Positions 60,326 through 64,000 of a DNA stretch of 64,000 nucleotides are shown piece by piece; the stretch's first letter is position 1, and the number at the start of each line of letters is the position of its first letter. Source of the DNA: Fibrobacteria bacterium (GTDB lineage: Bacteria; Fibrobacterota; Fibrobacteria; UBA11236; JADFYW01); NCBI GenBank assembly GCA_050294405.1, contig JBNKOC010000028.1:1-64000 (forward strand), given 5' to 3'. The notes under the pieces are model-generated. The model was not told where the DNA came from, searched no databases, and saw nothing but the letters and a program-made list of their open reading frames with translations. A program made the translations under genes and the position numbers.

Positions 60326-61183
60326 ATGCAAAAACATTTTTTTAAAATCTTTTTAATATTACTTGGCCTCATCTCCGTTTCTTCAGCGGGCGAAAACCTG
60401 GGTAGCTTTATTTTTCATCACCTGGGCAATGCCAACGAATGGCATTACTTTCCACTATTGCCCGGAATTCCCCTCCCCCATCATTTCGAAATTTTTGGCA
60501 TTAACATGGGAATAACTCTCCATGTTCTTATTATGTTTATCGCCTTTGTGCTCATGTGGGTTTTGTTTGGAATAGCCGGCAAGCGCAAACAAAACGCTCC
60601 CACTTCCCGTTTTGGCCATGCGGTTGAAGCTTTAGTTATTTACATCCGCGATGATTTAGTCCAACCCAATCTGGGCAAAAAAGACACCGCTAAATGGTTG
60701 CCTTTTTTCCTCACCATGTTTTTCTTTTTACTCACTCTAAATATTCTTGGCATGATTCCGGGCTTTTCTACCGTAACGGCAAATATCAATTTCACTGCTG
60801 CTATGGCTGTTTTGGTTTTTGTGGTTTTTAATCTGAGTGGAATGGCCAAAAACGGTCCTGTGCATTATTTCGTCAATTTAATCCCCAAAGGCATTCCGGT
60901 TTTTGTTTTGCCTATTCTGGTTCCCATTGAAATTATCGGCTTATTTACCAAAGCCTTTGCTTTGGCCATCCGTCTTTTTGCAAACATGTCTGCCGGACAT
61001 ATTATTATTCTTTCTTTGCTCGGGCTCATTTCCATTTTGGAAAGCATCTGGGTTGCGCCGGCCAGCATTTTATTTTCGCTATTTATTTCTATTATCGAAG
61101 TATTAGTTGCCTTTTTACAGGCTTATGTATTCACTTTGTTGTCATCCTTATTTATAGGAATGGCACTACACCAAGATCATTAA
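60326..61183 (+). CDS. atpB: ATP synthase F0 subunit a
   Basis: NILGMIP, TANIN, ALAIRLFANMSAGH, LQAYVF. Confidence 0.96.
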   Translation: MQKHFFKIFLILLGLISVSSAGENLGSFIFHHLGNANEWHYFPLLPGIPLPHHFEIFGINMGITLHVLIMFIAFVLMWVLFGIAGKRKQNAPTSRFGHAVEALVIYIRDDLVQPNLGKKDTAKWLPFFLTMFFFLLTLNILGMIPGFSTVTANINFTAAMAVLVFVVFNLSGMAKNGPVHYFVNLIPKGIPVFVLPILVPIEIIGLFTKAFALAIRLFANMSAGHIIILSLLGLISILESIWVAPASILFSLFISIIEVLVAFLQAYVFTLLSSLFIGMALHQDH

Positions 61184-61205
61184 ATCATTAAAAGGAGAAA
61201 TCAAA

Positions 61206-61439
61206 ATGAGTTTGGATCCCACTAGCTTAGGATTTTTGTCCGCAGGTATTGGCGCGGGTATCGCTGCCGTTGGCGCCGGCCTTGGTATCGGACGATTGGG
61301 CGGATCAGCTTTAGAAAGTATTGCTCGTCAACCCGAATCCACTGGAGATATCCGTACCACTATGATCATTGCAGCTGCTTTGATTGAAGGTGTGGCTCTT
61401 TTCGGATTGGTTATCTGTATTCTTTTGGCAACAAAATAA
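61206..61439 (+). CDS. atpE: ATP synthase F0 subunit c
   Basis: GAGLGIG, ARQPE, ALIEGVALF; RBS AAGGAG upstream. Confidence 0.97.
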   Translation: MSLDPTSLGFLSAGIGAGIAAVGAGLGIGRLGGSALESIARQPESTGDIRTTMIIAAALIEGVALFGLVICILLATK

Positions 61440-61453
61440 ACTAAGGCAAACTA

Positions 61454-62044
61454 ATGATCCCATACCAGACAAACATCAATTCCCAAATTCAGGGAAATGG
61501 TCATTTGCTCAGCAGCTCTGCTGAAGGTGCGGGAAGTGGCGAAACCCCAAGCCTTTTGTCCTTAGATCCCGGAGTTGGGATTTGGGCGATAGTGGTTTTT
61601 GTTTGTTTGCTTTTGGTGCTAAAGAAGTTTGCCTGGGGCCCAATAATTAATTCCATCGATGAGCGAGAAAAAAATATCCGCGATTCTTTGGACAAGGCCA
61701 AGCAAGCTCAAAACGAATCCAAGCAAATAGCCAACGAACAAAATAAAATACTGTCAGAGGCTAAGGCAGAAGCGGCTCAGATAATATCACAAGCCAAAAC
61801 TGCAGCTGAAGAATTTGCCAACAAAATCAAGGTGGATGCCCAAGAGGAAAAAAACCGAATTCTGGATTCTGGCTTAAGAGAAATCGAATCTGCAAAACAA
61901 GCAGCCATTTCCTCTCTTAAAAAAGAAACCGGTGATTTGGCCATCGAGATTGCAGGCAAATTAGTGGGCCAGGTCATGGACGCCCAAAAACATAAAGAAT
62001 ACGTGGATAAGTTAATCGAGGAATTGGAGAAACCCAATACATGA
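61454..62044 (+). CDS. atpF: ATP synthase F0 subunit b
   Basis: PG..IW..F..L..VLKKFAWGPI...DERE, followed by a coiled coil. Confidence 0.94.
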   Translation: MIPYQTNINSQIQGNGHLLSSSAEGAGSGETPSLLSLDPGVGIWAIVVFVCLLLVLKKFAWGPIINSIDEREKNIRDSLDKAKQAQNESKQIANEQNKILSEAKAEAAQIISQAKTAAEEFANKIKVDAQEEKNRILDSGLREIESAKQAAISSLKKETGDLAIEIAGKLVGQVMDAQKHKEYVDKLIEELEKPNT

Positions 62045-62580
62045 TTTTTTCAAAGGCTACAGGCAGATACGCAAAAACTTTTTTTAGCGTTTCTCTTCAA
62101 CAAAATAAAGTAGAAGAGGTTGCAAAAGATATGAGTTTGCTAGGAAGTCTTATAACAGGTCTTCCCGAGCTTAAAGCCTTTTTGAAAAATCCTTTGGCAA
62201 AAGACAAAGATATCGAAAACATTTTGCTTTCGAAAATCTCTGGAAAAATTTCTCCCCTTTCCGAGAGGTTTTTGAAACTGCTTATCCAAAAAAAGCGGAC
62301 CGCAATTATAGCAGAAATTTCCCAAGCCTTTTCTGAAGAATATGAAAAACACCACAACATCCAGAGGGCTCTGGTTAAAAGTGTTTTGAAATTAGATTCA
62401 GATCAGTTGGGCAAAATAAAATCCAAGTTGATTCAAATTACCGGAGCCAGTGATATCATTATTAAAAACGTAGTGGATCCAAAATTGGTGGCAGGGCTCC
62501 AGATTCAAATTGGCGATTCCATAATTGAAGCAAATGTCCGCAGCAAACTCATTCAACTTAAAAGAAAATTAGCAGCATAA
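62041..62580 (+). CDS. atpH: ATP synthase F1 subunit delta
   Basis: [23 protein letters not shown]. Confidence 0.93.
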   Translation: MIFSKATGRYAKTFFSVSLQQNKVEEVAKDMSLLGSLITGLPELKAFLKNPLAKDKDIENILLSKISGKISPLSERFLKLLIQKKRTAIIAEISQAFSEEYEKHHNIQRALVKSVLKLDSDQLGKIKSKLIQITGASDIIIKNVVDPKLVAGLQIQIGDSIIEANVRSKLIQLKRKLAA

Positions 62581-62590
62581 AGGTTACAGT

Positions 62591-64000
62591 ATGACTACCG
62601 AAATCCGACCGGACGAAATTTCTTCAATCCTTCAAAAGGAATTGCAGGACTTTGAAGCTAAAACCAATACCTACGAAGTGGGTGTTGTATTGCAAGTGGG
62701 CGATGGAATTGCCCGTGTGCATGGGTTAGCCAAAGCTATGGCTGGTGAATTGGTTGAACTTGAAGGAAGCGAAACGGTAAATGGTTTAGTGTTAAACCTT
62801 GAAAAAGACAACGTGGGTATCGCTATTTTAGGTGACGGTTCTGTTGTTAGAGAAGGTGACACAGTAAAACTCACCGGTAAAATTGCTTCTGTCCCTGTCG
62901 GAGATACTATTCTTGGCCGTGTTGTAGATGGTTTTGGACTACCTGTTGACGGCAAAGGTCCTCTTGACTCCAGCACAACCCGGCCCGTAGAAGTAAAGGC
63001 CCCTGGTATTGTACTGCGTCAAAGTGTTTGCGAACCTATGGAAACAGGTATTAAAGCTATTGATACTATGATTCCCATTGGACGTGGCCAGCGTGAATTG
63101 ATTATCGGTGACCGCAAAACCGGAAAAACAGCTATTGCTGTAGACACCATTATTAATCAAAAAGGCAAAGATGTAAAATGTATCTATGTTGCCATTGGTC
63201 AAAAACAATCCACCGTTGCGCAGGTTTATCAAAAATTAAAAGAAGCTGGCGCTATGGATTATACTTGTATTATTGCAGCTAATGCTTCCGATCCTGCTCC
63301 TTTGCAATTTTTGGCGCCTTATGTTGGTGCTACTATGGGCGAACACTTCATGTATAATAGCCAACACGCTCTTATCATTTATGATGATTTAACAAAACAG
63401 GCTCAAGCATACCGTCAGGTTTCTCTTCTTTTGAGAAGACCTCCGGGCCGTGAAGCCTTTCCTGGTGACGTATTTTATTTGCACTCCCGTCTTTTAGAAC
63501 GCGCCGCTAAACTTTCTGAAAAAGAAGGCGGTGGTTCCTTAACTGCTTTGCCTGTAATTGAAACTCAAGCTGGTGATGTATCTGCATATATTCCCACAAA
63601 CGTAATTTCCATTACAGACGGTCAAATTTTTCTGGACGCCAACCTTTTTAACTCAGGACAACGCCCTGCTGTGGATGTAGGTTTATCCGTTTCCCGTGTA
63701 GGCGGCGATGCCCAAATTAAAGCCACTAAACAGGTTGCCGGCTCTTTGAGATTAACCTTGGCCCAATACCGCGAATTGGCGGCTTTCTCTCAGTTTGCTT
63801 CCGATTTAGATCCAGCCACTCAAAAACAATTGGCCCGTGGTGAAAGAATGACTTTATTATTGCGTCAAGGCCAATACGCACCTCTTAGAATTGCTAAAAC
63901 AATTATGGCTGTGTATGCAGGCATGAACGGCTTTTTAGATGATGTTGAAGTGAAATCTGTGGAAAAATTCGATAGAGACTTAATGGAATATCTTGATGTA
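62591..64000 (+). CDS. atpA: ATP synthase F1 subunit alpha (partial, runs off the window)
   Basis: Manual translation [65 protein letters not shown]. Confidence 0.97.
   Translation, partial: MTTEIRPDEISSILQKELQDFEAKTNTYEVGVVLQVGDGIARVHGLAKAMAGELVELEGSETVNGLVLNLEKDNVGIAILGDGSVVREGDTVKLTGKIASVPVGDTILGRVVDGFGLPVDGKGPLDSSTTRPVEVKAPGIVLRQSVCEPMETGIKAIDTMIPIGRGQRELIIGDRKTGKTAIAVDTIINQKGKDVKCIYVAIGQKQSTVAQVYQKLKEAGAMDYTCIIAANASDPAPLQFLAPYVGATMGEHFMYNSQHALIIYDDLTKQAQAYRQVSLLLRRPPGREAFPGDVFYLHSRLLERAAKLSEKEGGGSLTALPVIETQAGDVSAYIPTNVISITDGQIFLDANLFNSGQRPAVDVGLSVSRVGGDAQIKATKQVAGSLRLTLAQYRELAAFSQFASDLDPATQKQLARGERMTLLLRQGQYAPLRIAKTIMAVYAGMNGFLDDVEVKSVEKFDRDLMEYLDV

Noticed and set aside
61206..61439. 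Na+-translocating or N-type ATPase
   Set aside because: The c subunit lacks the Q...ES/T sodium-binding signature, and the gene order is the standard F-type with delta present
62671..63232. Minus-strand ORFs at the right end, and the many other short antisense ORFs in the track
   Set aside because: Shadows of well-supported genes on the opposite strand (here atpA), with no motifs of their own

Overview
Bacterial chromosomal window from a Gram-negative organism. An FCB-group (Fibrobacterota-like) origin is my inference from the protein types, not a database result. It has three zones. (1) 1-15.1 kb is a markedly AT-rich surface-glycan island on the minus strand: wzz, an EPS-associated MarR regulator and a legionaminic-acid-type pathway (LegB, LegC, NeuC/LegG, a formyltransferase where an acetyltransferase is expected, NeuB/LegI, CBS-nucleotidyltransferase, HisF/HisH-like genes plus N-acetyl-sugar amidotransferase, CMP-synthetase, LIC12162-like protein). 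It is littered with IS481, IS30, ISKra4 and ISL3 remnants and bounded by a degenerate IS3. (2) 16.4-38 kb holds a decayed glycosyltransferase duplicate, a deleted hipBST-like toxin-antitoxin remnant with its operators intact, a second independent nonulosonic-acid cluster, cysD-cysNC, a WecA fused to a pseudo-receiver domain plus a membrane-anchored atypical receiver, a Wzi-like barrel, a WcaJ-like transferase, hom, a HAD hydrolase, a DUF4954-like protein and rmlA. (3) 38-64 kb is core genome: an apparently catalytically dead M6-like secreted protein, lipoproteins, a PASTA protein, a Crp-family regulator, purA, a rearranged origin-type cluster (rpmH-rnpA-yidD-yidC-mnmE-recF-dciA-gyrB, with no dnaA, dnaN or mnmG), three parS sites inside coding sequences, rsmG-parA-parB-M23-bactofilin and the start of the F1Fo ATP synthase operon. 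I saw no rRNA, tRNA or CRISPR array. All family assignments come from motif recognition by eye; no searches were run.
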